This document shows positions 23,781 through 35,785 of a stretch of DNA of 64,000 nt, one piece after another. Each line of letters opens with the position of its first letter. The first letter of the stretch is position 1. Source of the stretch: Eledone cirrhosa (lineage: Eukaryota); assembly GCA_964016885.1 (NCBI GenBank), contig OZ024747.1, forward strand, positions 86,800,001 to 86,864,000, written 5' to 3'. Under the pieces are notes generated by a model. The model searched no databases, was not told the DNA's origin, and saw only the letters and a program-made list of their open reading frames with translations. The position numbers and the translations under genes are program-made.

Positions 23781-24601
23781 ATTGTGCTTATGCCGCCACT
23801 GTACATTAAGTTGGGGTTGATGAAGCAGTTTGTGAAGGCTCTCAAACAAGAATCAGCCGCTTTCAAGTACCTTCTTGAGTTCTTCCCCAAGTTATCTGAG
23901 GCCAAAATCAAAGGTGGAATTTTTGTTGGACCTCAGATAAAGAAGGTGTTTGAGTCTACCGAGTTCTCCAATAAGCTCAATAGGATTGAAATAACAGCAG
24001 TTGTTAAGGGCTTCCTGGGCAACTACAGAGCTGAAAACTATCAGCAACTGGTGCAGGATCTGATAAAGGCTTTTGGGGCCATGGGATGCAGGATGTCGCT
24101 TAAACTCCATCTGCTGGACGCTCACCTGGAAAAATTCAAGGACAATATGGGCGCCTACTCAGAAGAACAAGGCGAACGATTCCACCAAGATATGAAAGAG
24201 ATAGAGCGGAGGTACCAGGGCCACTACAATGAAAAAAGGATGGGGGACTATGTCTGGAGCTAGTGCGGGAATGCGACCTGGACTACAACCGCAAATCCAG
24301 GAAATCCAGTCATTTCTGACGTGTATAAGTTGCTTTATAAGTGTTATTTGTTTTTACTTGTTTGCTTTTGATAAGCTTGTGTAATAAAATAAATATATTC
24401 TCTGTTGATTTAATTATATGAACTGATAAATTTTTTTAAAAATGTGTTTTTTCTTGAAAAATATGAAGATTTTGAAATATCAAACTTCTGAACACAAACC
24501 CAAATTTCTAATTAAATAATAGTATTTATTTATAATAATGTAATATAACAAACCAGGAAATGATATTTACAACTAGGGAACGAAATATATATTACACGGT
24601 G
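23781..24601 (+). mobile_element. 3' fragment of a DNA transposon, Chapaev3-like (Transib/RAG1-related) transposase
   Basis: ORF 23769-24263 has PPLYIKLGLMKQFVKAL, LSEAKIKGGIFVGPQI, MSLKLHLLDAHL and SEEQGERFHQD. Possible GTG terminus at 24599-24601. Family assignment is from recalled motifs. Confidence 0.75.
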
Positions 24602-25777
24602 TTATGAAATAGAATTAGCTATTCAATATAAATTCCATCAAATCCCCATTGAGATTTACAAAAAAAAAAAAAATAAATAAAAATCCTGGAATATTTAAAA
24701 GCAAATTCCGGGAATCAAATCAATGTACCAACGAACGCGCATGCTATATAGTAGAAGGGAGGAAAATTGTCCCTTCAGTAGTGAATGCTAAAAATGCAAT
24801 CGAATACAGATCAAAGTCTATATCTCATGAATGTAGCGAAAAATATATTAATCGAATAACATGAATTTAAGGAGTGCTTGATCATAACTCAAACTCGTGG
24901 TATATGGAAAAGATAAAGCTTGTAATTTTATCCACATATATATTTACGCATCCAATGGCTTATAAGAAGCTACTATTCATACGACACACCATATAATTAA
25001 CAAGGTATATTATCTGGTGTGTCGTATGAATTAGCAAGGTATATTATGGAAAATAAAACGCTTTTGATATTCTCTGATATATATCATTTCGTAAAGAAAT
25101 ATATTGTAATAATACATATATAATTTACAATAAAATTGTTGTGCATTAACATTTATAACAGCGCTGCCGGTTAAACTTGCTTGGAATTGTTCACTTGTCA
25201 GTATTCCATCTACCAGTGTAGGAGATTCAGATATATTTCAAAGTTGCAACTAGCTTTATACCACTGTGATCTTTATTCTGTAGCCTTGAATCTGGGAGAA
25301 GTACAGAAATAGTCGGAATGAAGAAAAATATCTGGGAAAGTTTGTAATCATCACGATCGCTGATATAGTGTTGTGAAATCAGGGATACAAACGATCCCAA
25401 TATATTCGGAAGGAGAACGTTCGTAATATACGGCGTGATTTGGGGTAAAGGTTTCATGGATACAGTGCAGCTGATACACTTTAATCTTTCAGTGTACATT
25501 CATTCACATTTAAATCGGAATAAATGCTGAACGCAGATAAAGAATTAATATAAATGAATTCCTAGTGACAACCCTAGGTTACGACTAATAGTGATTTCAA
25601 GTGGCAAATTTTAATAGCTATGAAAATTGTAAATCTAGAAGGCTTTCCAAATGTTTATTCGTAAACATAATGCATATCATTAGATACTTATATGTAGACA
25701 TCTGTATCAGAGCAAACACATTAATGTATAGAAATTAAGTGAAAAAATTATTTCCCGCTTACACAATATAAAATAAG

Positions 25778-25992
25778 GGTTTCTACTTTAGGCAAAAGGC
25801 CAGTAATTTGGGGAGGGGAAAGTCGATTAAATAGACCCTAGTGCATTACTGGTGCTTTATTTTATCGGCCCCGTAAGGATGAAAGGCAAAGCCTAACCTC
25901 GACGGGATTTAAACTCAGAAAGTAAAGGGTCATAGCTCTATGCCACCAAGCATAATTTTCGACGCTTTAACGATACTGCCAATCCACCGCCC
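25778..25992 (-). mobile_element. tRNA-derived SINE (OK-like), near full length
   Basis: tttctactttaggcaaaaggccag...aggatgaaaggcaaag...gatactgccaatccaccgcc. Confidence 0.88.
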
Positions 25993-26039
25993 TTACACAA
26001 TACTTAACCTTTTATTAATAATTATCAATAATTATTTTA

Positions 26040-26135
26040 ATAATTGTTTCTACGTTAGGCACAAGGCCAGCAATTACCAGTGTATTACTGGTACTTTATT
26101 TTATCGACCCCATAAGGATGAAAGGCAAAGTTAAG
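26040..26135 (-). mobile_element. SINE (OK-like) 3' fragment
   Basis: aattgtttctacgttaggcacaaggccagc...aaggatgaaaggcaaag. Confidence 0.85.
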
Positions 26136-26885
26136 CTTATTTTAATAATGGTACATGAATGTTCGCGATAGATGAACTTTATATGAATAGCAAATATTTG
26201 AATGGGTTAGTTGAAATAATTACTGGAGCAATTTTAAAAAGGTTGAATATTTGTTTACTTGATTACATGAAGTATGTTGATTCATCCCACATAGTATTTT
26301 CATGCGCCCCTGTGAAATTGCTCATGTTAAAATTTCTCATTTTAAATTTGCTAATTTTTGCGCAAAATCTATTGACCAGGTTGTTGACAGAATCCTCCAA
26401 TATGTATAGAGGTCCAAGTTAATATACCTATGTGACTATACACAAGGGACTTATTGAAGCTTAATAAGCAGATATCTTTCGGTCATCACAATGCCTGTTA
26501 TGCACGCGTATGATCAAGCACATTGAGGTCTAATGGGAATTAAATATCATTGGAGTTGTCTCCTTACTTTTTAAAGATCAGTCACAAACTTCACTGTAGA
26601 AATACATGGGAAATTATAACTAATGCAATAATCTATACAAACAAGAAGTTATTACGACACCACTCAATTCAAAATTCGTTTTAAGGCATATCTCTATGTA
26701 TTATAGACTGCTTCTTTAAAGGGACGGAGAAGGGGTACAAAAGATGATCATACTCGATAGTGTTCGACAACGAGCATAGTGTGTATACATAGAAACACGC
26801 ACACACTCACACACACACACATATATATATATGTGTGTATATATATATGTATATATAGAAGTGTGTATATACATATATATATATA

Positions 26886-26948
<63 letters not shown>

Positions 26949-26997
26949 GTGTGTGTGTGTATATATGTGTGTGTATATATATATGTGTGTGTATATA

Positions 26998-27035
<38 letters not shown>

Positions 27036-27044
<9 letters not shown>

Positions 27045-28382
27045 AGATCAAAAGATGGTTAAAGGAGTTCCATGTATTTTATTATGCGCATTTCAAAAAC
27101 AAACATCATCATGCAATAATATTTGTGTTTTCATCAGATAAAACAGGAGAACATGATATGAAGGCTAAAAAACACTTGTGGATAGTGCAGTTTTAAATCA
27201 ACATATGAAAAGTGGTTTTAGATTGATGTGTGATATTGGGAAAAATATTTTATTTAGAGAGGGGGGGGGGTGGAAAGGATGAAAAAGGGGAGGAGATGAG
27301 AGGGAGAGATGGGTGATAGAGAGAAAGAAAGAGATAGTTTTTATAACTGAGAGGAGATATATTGTTTTACATAGAGAGGTTGAAAACCGTTGGAAGATAA
27401 TGTATAAATTAAAAATTTGAAATTAACGAAGGGAGGATATGTGCGAGGAAAGAATATTTTATTTATGGAGGGGGGGGTGGTGGAAAGGATGAAAAAAGGG
27501 GGAGGAGATGAGAGTGAAGGTGGAGAGGGAGAGATGGGTGATAGAGAGAAAGAGATAGTTTTTATAACTGAGAAAAAGATATATTGTTTTACATAAATTA
27601 AAGGAATTTGAAAATTAACGAAGGGAATTTATGTATGAAGATAGAGAGAAAAAATAATAATTGTGGATGAATATTCTAACGTAAAAAAAAGTGTGTGTTG
27701 ATAAGTATTGTGGCAATTTCAAAATTAACGAAGAGAAAAATTATTAAGGTTTGTGTGTAGAAGGATTTGAGAAAAATAATGTGAAGTTAAAGTTTGTATA
27801 TTGAAGGAATTGATAATATATGCGAATAAGGAGTTAATATGTATTAAGAATGAGTTCGTTGATGGGGAGAAAAAAAAAAAAAAAATAATAATAATAATAA
27901 TAAATTAAGGATGAAATTGAGATTAAAAAGATTTATGATAGAGAGAAAAAATAATAATTGTTTCTACGTTAGGCACAAGGCCAGCATTTAACCAGAGAGA
28001 AAAAATAATAATGATTGCGGATGAATATTCTAACGTCAAAAAAATAAATGTATATGTTATGAAGGATTTTACAAGGTGAAGATAGAATGAGGGTAATGAG
28101 TAAACAAGTATTATAGAGTGTATAATGCCCTTTAAAGTAAGGTGGGAAGATGGGTATATTTTAAAGAGGTGTATGTATATGTGCCTTTGAGAAAAGATTC
28201 TAAATTGATAAAGAATTGAATATTAACTGTATACTTTGTGAACAGTTCTATGGAATTTATGTTAACTCCTTTAACCATCTTTTGATCTTATATTATGTAT
28301 ACTCCAGTCCTACAAACTGTAGAGTGCTTCTTATCCGATATCTGCATTGCTTTATTGTACTACAATAAAACTCACCTCCTAC

Positions 28383-28386
<4 letters not shown>
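27036..28386. mobile_element. Hammerhead-bearing element with inverted tail duplication, between two (TA)n tracts
   Basis: ataatataagatcaaaagatggttaaaggagtt (27037-27069) is the reverse complement of aactcctttaaccatcttttgatcttatattat (28264-28295). The interior is purine-rich with partial internal duplications. Confidence 0.7.
27077..27143 (-). ncRNA. Type I hammerhead ribozyme
   Basis: Minus strand reads ttttat CTGATGA aaacacaaatattattgcatgatgatgtttgttttt GAAA tgcgca TA ataaaa. Palindromic stem III ATGCGCAT. Confidence 0.85.
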
Positions 28387-28438
<52 letters not shown>

Positions 28439-28442
<4 letters not shown>

Positions 28443-28648
28443 AACGAGTAGGACCCCGACGGCTGAGCTCAAGCCGTTTCGACGGCTAATTCTGGACTAA
28501 AATCCATTTTAGTCCAGAATTAGCCGTCGAGACGGCTTGAGCTCAGCCGTCGGAGTCCTACTCGTTCCTATTACCCACTCTACTAGCCTAAGTATTGAGT
28601 ACTTTGGTGCGTTATGGTCCACCTGGTTCCTTACCACATTTCCTTCGT

Positions 28649-28650
<2 letters not shown>
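28439..28650 (+). mobile_element. Fold-back element (65-bp arms) with 3' half of a hammerhead and unique tail
   Basis: 28439-28503 pairs with 28507-28570. Contains GA(A/G)A cggct-tgagctc-agccg TC. Confidence 0.8.
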
Positions 28651-28695
<45 letters not shown>

Positions 28696-28715
28696 ATATA
28701 TATATATATATATAT

Positions 28716-28985
28716 AAGTATTGAAGTTTCCGTTGAAAATTGAAAAAGTCATAGGAGTGAAGAGTGCTCTATGTAAGCACCAGAGCAAAATTTAATGTAT
28801 AAAAAACAATACAATATAATTACCTCATTACCAGAGGTTTCCCGAATAAGACGAATACGAAAGAAACGTCTTAAATCGTTCGTCGGACGAGGCAATATTG
28901 CCTCGTCCGACGAACGAATGAAGACGTTTCTTTCGTATTCGTCTTATTCGGGAAACCTCTGGTAATGAGGTAATTATATTGTATT

Positions 28986-28989
<4 letters not shown>
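28716..28989 (-). mobile_element. Fold-back element: ~186-bp spacerless palindrome (28804-28989) plus tail
   Basis: Centre ggcaat|attgcc at 28896/28897, with two mismatches. Contains GAAA cctc-tggtaat-gagg TA. The tail resembles 4641-4690. Confidence 0.85.
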
Positions 28990-29056
<67 letters not shown>

Positions 29057-29059
<3 letters not shown>

Positions 29060-29177
29060 CGGAAGAAATGTTACTTAGAGTAGTAGAGTGGGTAATAGGA
29101 ACGAGTAGGACCCCGACGGCTGAGCTCAAGCCGTTTCGACGGCTTGAGCTCAGCCGTCGGGGTCCTACTCGTTCCTA
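29057..29177 (-). mobile_element. Second, shorter fold-back copy of the 28439-28650 family
   Basis: taggaacgagtaggaccccgacggctgagctcaagccgt-ttcg-acggcttgagctcagccgtcggggtcctactcgttccta. Confidence 0.85.
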
Positions 29178-30654
29178 TATATATACACATATATATATGT
29201 ATGTATATATATATATATTTATAAATAGGCATATGCGAATTTTTCTAGATATTAAATGAAAGTAGTTAGAAAAACTCTAATTTTGATAGTTCTTAACAAA
29301 CTGCCCTGAAGATAATGTTTTCCATTTTAATTATATACATTGTGTTTTAATACTACTTCTAATTACGTTTATACTTTTCTTTCCTACTATATATAGTTAG
29401 GATTTATTTTACTGCTTTTGGTTTTCGTTGTTTTAGCGAATATTTATAGGTGTAGAATATCATTATGGTTTCTTGTCTGTCGAACGTATTCAAGCGATCG
29501 AACAGCCTAATTTCCTTCGGCGAATAAGACAACTCTCACGTTAATAATTAATATACTTCTTCCAATACGTTCAATACGAAACAAAACAAAAAAGGCATTT
29601 GTATTATTTAGAAATAGAGTACCATCTTTGGAATTCATTCAAGAACACTAAACAACTGTAGAGCCAAAACGTAAGATTCTGGTGAAATGATTCAATGAAG
29701 ATGTTTAATTTCATTTGAATTAAAAAATGAAATTTACAGCTCACACTTTTATACAGATTTAAATGGATTCCTACTAGGTTACATCTCATAGAAGGTTTCT
29801 CGTTTTATCTAATTATAGAGATTCAAGAACACAACACCTTATTATCGTAAGTCAAACAATCTACCAACTAGCCCACGGGTTTTCGTTTCTTTTAGTCCAT
29901 GTTATCAGCTCTGTTAATTTCCCGCGCCTATGCATCATACACAAGAAACCTAGATAGACACATCTTGACAAGTTTGTACAAATTCCATTAGAAGAGAACA
30001 TCAAAATATGTTTCATATGGATCCTGATATTTTTGTTAAAATCAATTGCACAAGTACACATTAAAATATATTAAAACACGTATCAATAGCCCTCTCTACA
30101 AATGCTACGATGCTAAGTATCAACGCGTTTGAGGACATTTCATTGTGATGGAACACACGCAACGTAGCCAGGATTGTATCACATCGACAGGTCTTATTGT
30201 TTTGAGCCAGAAAATATTGAGACCTCAAGAACTACATGCTCTCCACAACGCACAGATGAAACCTGCCATAGAAAATTATTCACTAATTCGCGACAGTGTG
30301 TGTTGGCAGATAAAAAGATCTAGACTTCATCGATTGATTAGCCTTTTTATATCGGCACTACAGTAGCACCTACAATTCAGCGATAGGTGTAAACGTATCT
30401 CATCCACTGAATGATTCCCACCATACGTATATCTAATCTTCTCACACCTATATTTTATGACTCCAGCAACACTCTGCACCACCTACCCCATTCTTCCTTC
30501 CTCCCCAGAATATATATATTATATATATATACATATATATATATATTATGTTCCCTTTGAATCAAAATTATTTAACAAATTTAGGTTTAAACAACTTAAA
30601 ATGACAAACTTACTACAACTCAGAATAACACGTCTTCTTAATTCAAACACCAAT

Positions 30655-31198
30655 AATAATTGTTTCTACTTTTGGCACAAGGCCAGCAATTACCCCGTAC
30701 ATTACTGGTACTTTATTTTATCGACCCTGAAAGAATGAAAGGCAAAGTTAACCTCGACGGTATTTGATCTCAGACCATAAAGGGACGTAACTATGCTAGA
30801 AAGCATGGGGTCCGACCCTCTACCGATACTGCCAATCCACCGATAATAATAATGATTGTTTCTACTTTTTGCACAAGACCAGCAATTATATCAGTTTATT
30901 ACTGGTACTTTATTTTATAGACCCCGTAAGGATGAAAGGAAAAGTTAACCTCGGTGGGATTTGAACTCAGACCATAAAGAACCGTAACTCTCTGCTGCAA
31001 AGCATGGCGTCCGACCCTCTACCGATACTGCCAATCCACCATAATAATAATAATAGTTTCTACCTCAGGCAAAAGGCTAGCAATTTGAAGGGAAGGGGAA
31101 AGTCGATTAAATCGCCCCCAGTGCATTACTGGTGTTTATTTTATTGTCCCCGTAAGGATAAAAGGCAAAGCTAACCTCGGCGGATTTGAACTCAGAAC
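30655..31198 (-). mobile_element. Three head-to-tail OK-like SINE copies
   Basis: Copies at ~30655-30842, 30855-31040 and 31055-31198, separated by (AAT)n. Confidence 0.9.
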
Positions 31199-32167
31199 TC
31201 CTTTATAAAATAATAATAATATTAATCACAATAATGATAATAATAATTGCAAAATCTAAAAAATTAGAAAAGATAATTATCAAAATGCCATTATGTTAAT
31301 CAGTTTAAAATTTAAAACATAACAAATTAAAATAAATAGAAATTTAAAATGTACTATCTTATTCAATCTAAATGTCGATATTATATGTTGTAAAATGGAA
31401 ACAATGTTATGAGCTCATTAAGCGAATGTCACCACTTACTGTGACACATAATAAGGAAATGTCAGATCTAGAACAATTCAAATATAAATTAATCCCGACA
31501 GATATATCTCATTAAATATACAAAAGTTTTATGTGTGTTGTATCCACTTCGTACTCATATCGTCTTTTCTCTTTCTTTTAACCGTTATCCACGCAACAAC
31601 ACGGTTTCTAATTAATCCAATCCAGCTTTATTCCGTATTCATTCTGAAAATAAATCTATATGTAACGCATATAGATTGATGCAAAAATATAAATTAAAAT
31701 AATACCTAAAGGACAAAAATGAAACTGAAACACAAGCACTCAGAAGCAATAGAGAAACGTCAGATACACGAGCTTACGTTAAACCCCTTTCTTCTATCAT
31801 TGTCTATAATTAAATCTATGAAATTGAGTCAATCAGTAATGTCAAACCAGCCACTCAAGCATTCCGTAAAATTCAGTCAAATGTGGGTTTCAAGTTTTTC
31901 TTCGTGTTAGCTTAATATTTAAGATTCATGTGTAAATTGTATACAACACATAATTGCTAAAATATATGTTTAAATGGAAGAAAATAAATAGGATCGTCGT
32001 AGCTTATTAGACAATTCTCTTTAGGAATGTAATTAATGTGACAGAAAGCAATCGATAAAACAGTTTTCTTGCCAACAGGACTGTTAATTTTAAAGACGGC
32101 AATGCTTCGTGGTGGTAGTGGTGGTGATGGTAGAAGTGTTGCAAATGTCAACTGAGATAGATAATAA

Positions 32168-32529
32168 TCTATATTATAATAAGAGCGCTACTTGTCCGTC
32201 CGTCCGTCACGCTTACTAGAGAGGGGGAGCTGTCATATATGTACTTAGATAGAGAGAGAAAAGGGAACGTCATGTACTTTTGACGTGAAAGAAAGAGGTA
32301 GATAGACAGAATGCTATGACGTCACCCTCGTCTATATAGAGAGAAGGGAGCGCCAAGCGAGAGATATGTACATATATATAGAGAGAGAAAAGGGAATGCC
32401 GTCTGACAGCACTTTCGTGCATGTAGAGTTTATTTCAAACCGGCAATGGTCCCCAGAAGCACTGTCACGCGAGAGATTTCTGGAAGTTGTCCCTAGACCC
32501 CAGATAGAAACTTCTCCGGAACAAACTAG
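32168..32529 (+). mobile_element. Non-autonomous Helitron-like element
   Basis: a|TCtatattataataagagc, a (GTCC)n run near the 5' end, and a 3' CTAG|t. Confidence 0.6.
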
Positions 32530-33300
32530 TCAGTTCGATTTCGTCGATACCTAGAGCCTCCCCAAAACATGGTTGCACTTACCCACCACTAATCCTCTAT
32601 AGAATTAAGAGTTTAATTTCAACTGACAGTGTTGCTCGTCTAGTGGAGTGCTGTGTGCACCTGAAAACATTTCAGATGCCAACCGCCCAGTCTCTACGTT
32701 TACTTAATACATGTAAGAAGGGCGATAACCATGGGTATATATAAAGTCACTTCCATACTAATTTAGGGTGTATAGACTCCACTATATGTTGTTATCATCT
32801 CTTTTCCTTCACTGGGTCCATGTGCCCTTCTTATTACATCCTTTCGTTCTGAGTAGCACCATGCTCAAGATTTTAATGGGGTATACGTTGTGTGGTACGA
32901 CAAGTGTGTCGATGTTTTGGTGTTCATTTTGTCCTCTATGGTCATGTTTTTGCATGAAATATTCAGCTTTATCAAACACTGTGTCTTGCTGAATCTTCCT
33001 GAAAATTACACTTAAGGTTACACATCTCTATATGTGGAATATTAATCATTGTAAGACAATCTATCTTAATGCATCTCTATGAGAATTACATTTAAGTGTA
33101 CACATGTCTGTGTGTAGAGTACTTAACCATGTCACACACTGTGTCATGCTGAATCTGAATTACATTAATATATGTATATATATAAAATATAAAGTATATA
33201 TATATATGTATATAAAGTATATATATATATACATATATAAAGTGTATGTATATATATATATACATATATAAAGTATATATATATATATACATATGTAAAG

Positions 33301-33332
<32 letters not shown>

Positions 33333-33769
33333 CATATATATATATACATACACATATATATTCGTTCACACAGCAACAAAGAATAAACAAAGAAAATCTA
33401 TTCCTTAACAAATTTAAACCAAAACTAAACGGGTTATCACCCCAATAGAATTGTCATAAAATATAAACACACATACGCACGGAGTGACAGATATGTGTGT
33501 GTATGTGTGCATGTATATAATTATCACTACTATTAAAGACCAGAGACCAATTCTGTAGAATCAGGTTTATTCGTTGACAGACCATGCCTTTGTGTGACCA
33601 ACACATCCATGTTAAACCCTGCACGTGCACACACATATATCTATATATATATGCGCACACAGATTCACCACTGTCGGTTGCGGGGCCCAATCTACATGAA
33701 GAACTAAATGTGATCAGAATGACTTGTATTTTAATTTCACTGTTCTAACTTCTTATATTATGGAAAAAA

Positions 33770-34091
33770 TATGTGTATGTATGTATATATATATATATTT
33801 GGAGGCCATTTCTCTATGTGTGTGGGTGTATGTATGTGTATGTGTGTGTGTGTGTATGTGTGTGCATGTGGATGTATGTATGTGTATGTATATGTGTGTG
33901 TGTGTGTGTGTATGTATGTGTGTATCTGGATGTATGTGTATGTATATATATGTGTGTGTGTGTGTGTTTGTATGTGTGTATGTATATATGTGTGTGTGTA
34001 TGTATATATATGTGTGTGTGTGTATATATATGTGTGTGTATCTGGATGTATGTGTATGTATATATATGTGTGTGTGTATATATATGTGTGT

Positions 34092-34133
<42 letters not shown>

Positions 34134-34156
34134 ATATGTATGTGTGTGTGTATGTA

Positions 34157-34195
<39 letters not shown>

Positions 34196-34240
34196 ATGTA
34201 TATGTATGTGTGTGTGGATGAGGGTATGTGTATATATAGG
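33770..34240. repeat. Compound GT/TATG microsatellite
   Basis: Low-complexity tract. Confidence 0.95.
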
Positions 34241-34546
34241 TGTAAGTGCACTAAATCCCTTTCTATCACTCTCCCCTCTCCTACCGACCACATGGGGAGA
34301 TATATATATGTATGTATATTGCTTCCACCCCCTCACTGACCAGCAGCTGGCCATCTGGCCATTGCTAAATCTGACCTTAATTCCTCATTCACTATCAGAA
34401 AGGGACACACAGCAGTCAACTTGCTGCTACCAACTTGCTGCTACCAAGATGAAAACTACTATGAAATCCCACACTGAATTTTATACTTGAATTTTCAAAT
34501 CTCAAATTTTAACTCTTCTTATTATTAATTTTTCTTAATATTAATC

Positions 34547-34594
34547 AACATTTGAAAAGATGGCTTTTGCAGACCCATCGAAACCGGTCATTTT
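34547..34594 (+). ncRNA. Degenerate hammerhead ribozyme
   Basis: aacat TTGAAAA gatgg...ccatc GAAA ccgg TC atttt. Stems II and III are intact but the CUGANGA box is mutated. Confidence 0.5.
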
Positions 34595-34734
34595 TTATAC
34601 CCTTTATTCTTTCCTTACCTTATAAAATTATGTTTTTTCACAAAAAAGTATTCTGTCTCTTATATATTCCATGTGCCATTACCAACCTCAATTTTCTCTA
34701 TAACCTTCGTTTTGTGTAGAAACTTACACTTTTC

Positions 34735-34767
<33 letters not shown>

Positions 34768-34773
34768 AAGAGA

Positions 34774-34849
<76 letters not shown>

Positions 34850-35609
34850 AAACTTGAAAGGCGAAATACAATATGAAATGAAATATGAGATAAGAAATAT
34901 AAGAAAACGAAGGCAAACTGAATCTAGAACTATACAATTAAATAATTAAAGGAATACAAAATATTAGCTGTGTACATAAAAAGTATTGATAAATATACAT
35001 AAATAACAATTGAATAATCACGTCAGTAAATGAAATTAAAGATAAATCAAGATAAAAAGACAGATGGATAATATATAATACTTCTACAGAAATGTACATT
35101 CAAGTCTGGATGATTTGAAGTTAGACTTGTCTGTGTAATTAAGATAAAATAATAGTTTGCATGTTTCTGCTATTTTTAAAGGAGAAAATTAGTTTGGTGA
35201 ATTTGTTTTGCTTATAGTGTTGTTTTGATGATGGTGTAGATGTATTTATGTGTATTGCATGTGATGTGTTATATATAAGACAGTTATCTATGTCGATGGT
35301 GTAATATGGCATATGGTTATTTATTGTTGTGGCGTATTTTTATTTATATTGATGCCGTGTCGTGTTTTTATAACTTCTAAATTATGTATATGTTTTATTG
35401 TAATGGCATGTTAAATATGTGTGGGGTGTGTATTAAGTATATTGTGATATGGTTATATTGTTAGTTCTGTCTATGATGTGATGTAGTTGCTTATCAAGTA
35501 TATAGATGCGTATAGTTTTAGATGCTGTGACATGGGGTATAAATATTTGTTAGTGGACTTTTGCGGTGGACGGTTGGTTATATGACTTGTGTGTTGTGTT
35601 ATATGGTTA

Positions 35610-35785
35610 ATAATTGTTTCTACTTTTGGCACAAGGCCAGCAATTATTTCAGTACATTACTGGTACTTTATTTTATCGACCCCGTAAGGATGAAAGGCAA
35701 AGTTAACCTCGGCATGATTTGAACTCAGACCGTAAAGGGGCGTAACTCTCTGCTGCAAAGCATAGCGTCCGACCCTCTACCGATG
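35610..35785 (-). mobile_element. OK-like SINE
   Basis: Homologous to 30855-31040. Confidence 0.88.

Noticed and set aside
25160-25580. Possible hAT transposase C-terminus or MITE (ORF 25227-25499)
   Set aside because: Only vague motif resemblance, and no matching TIR pair could be established
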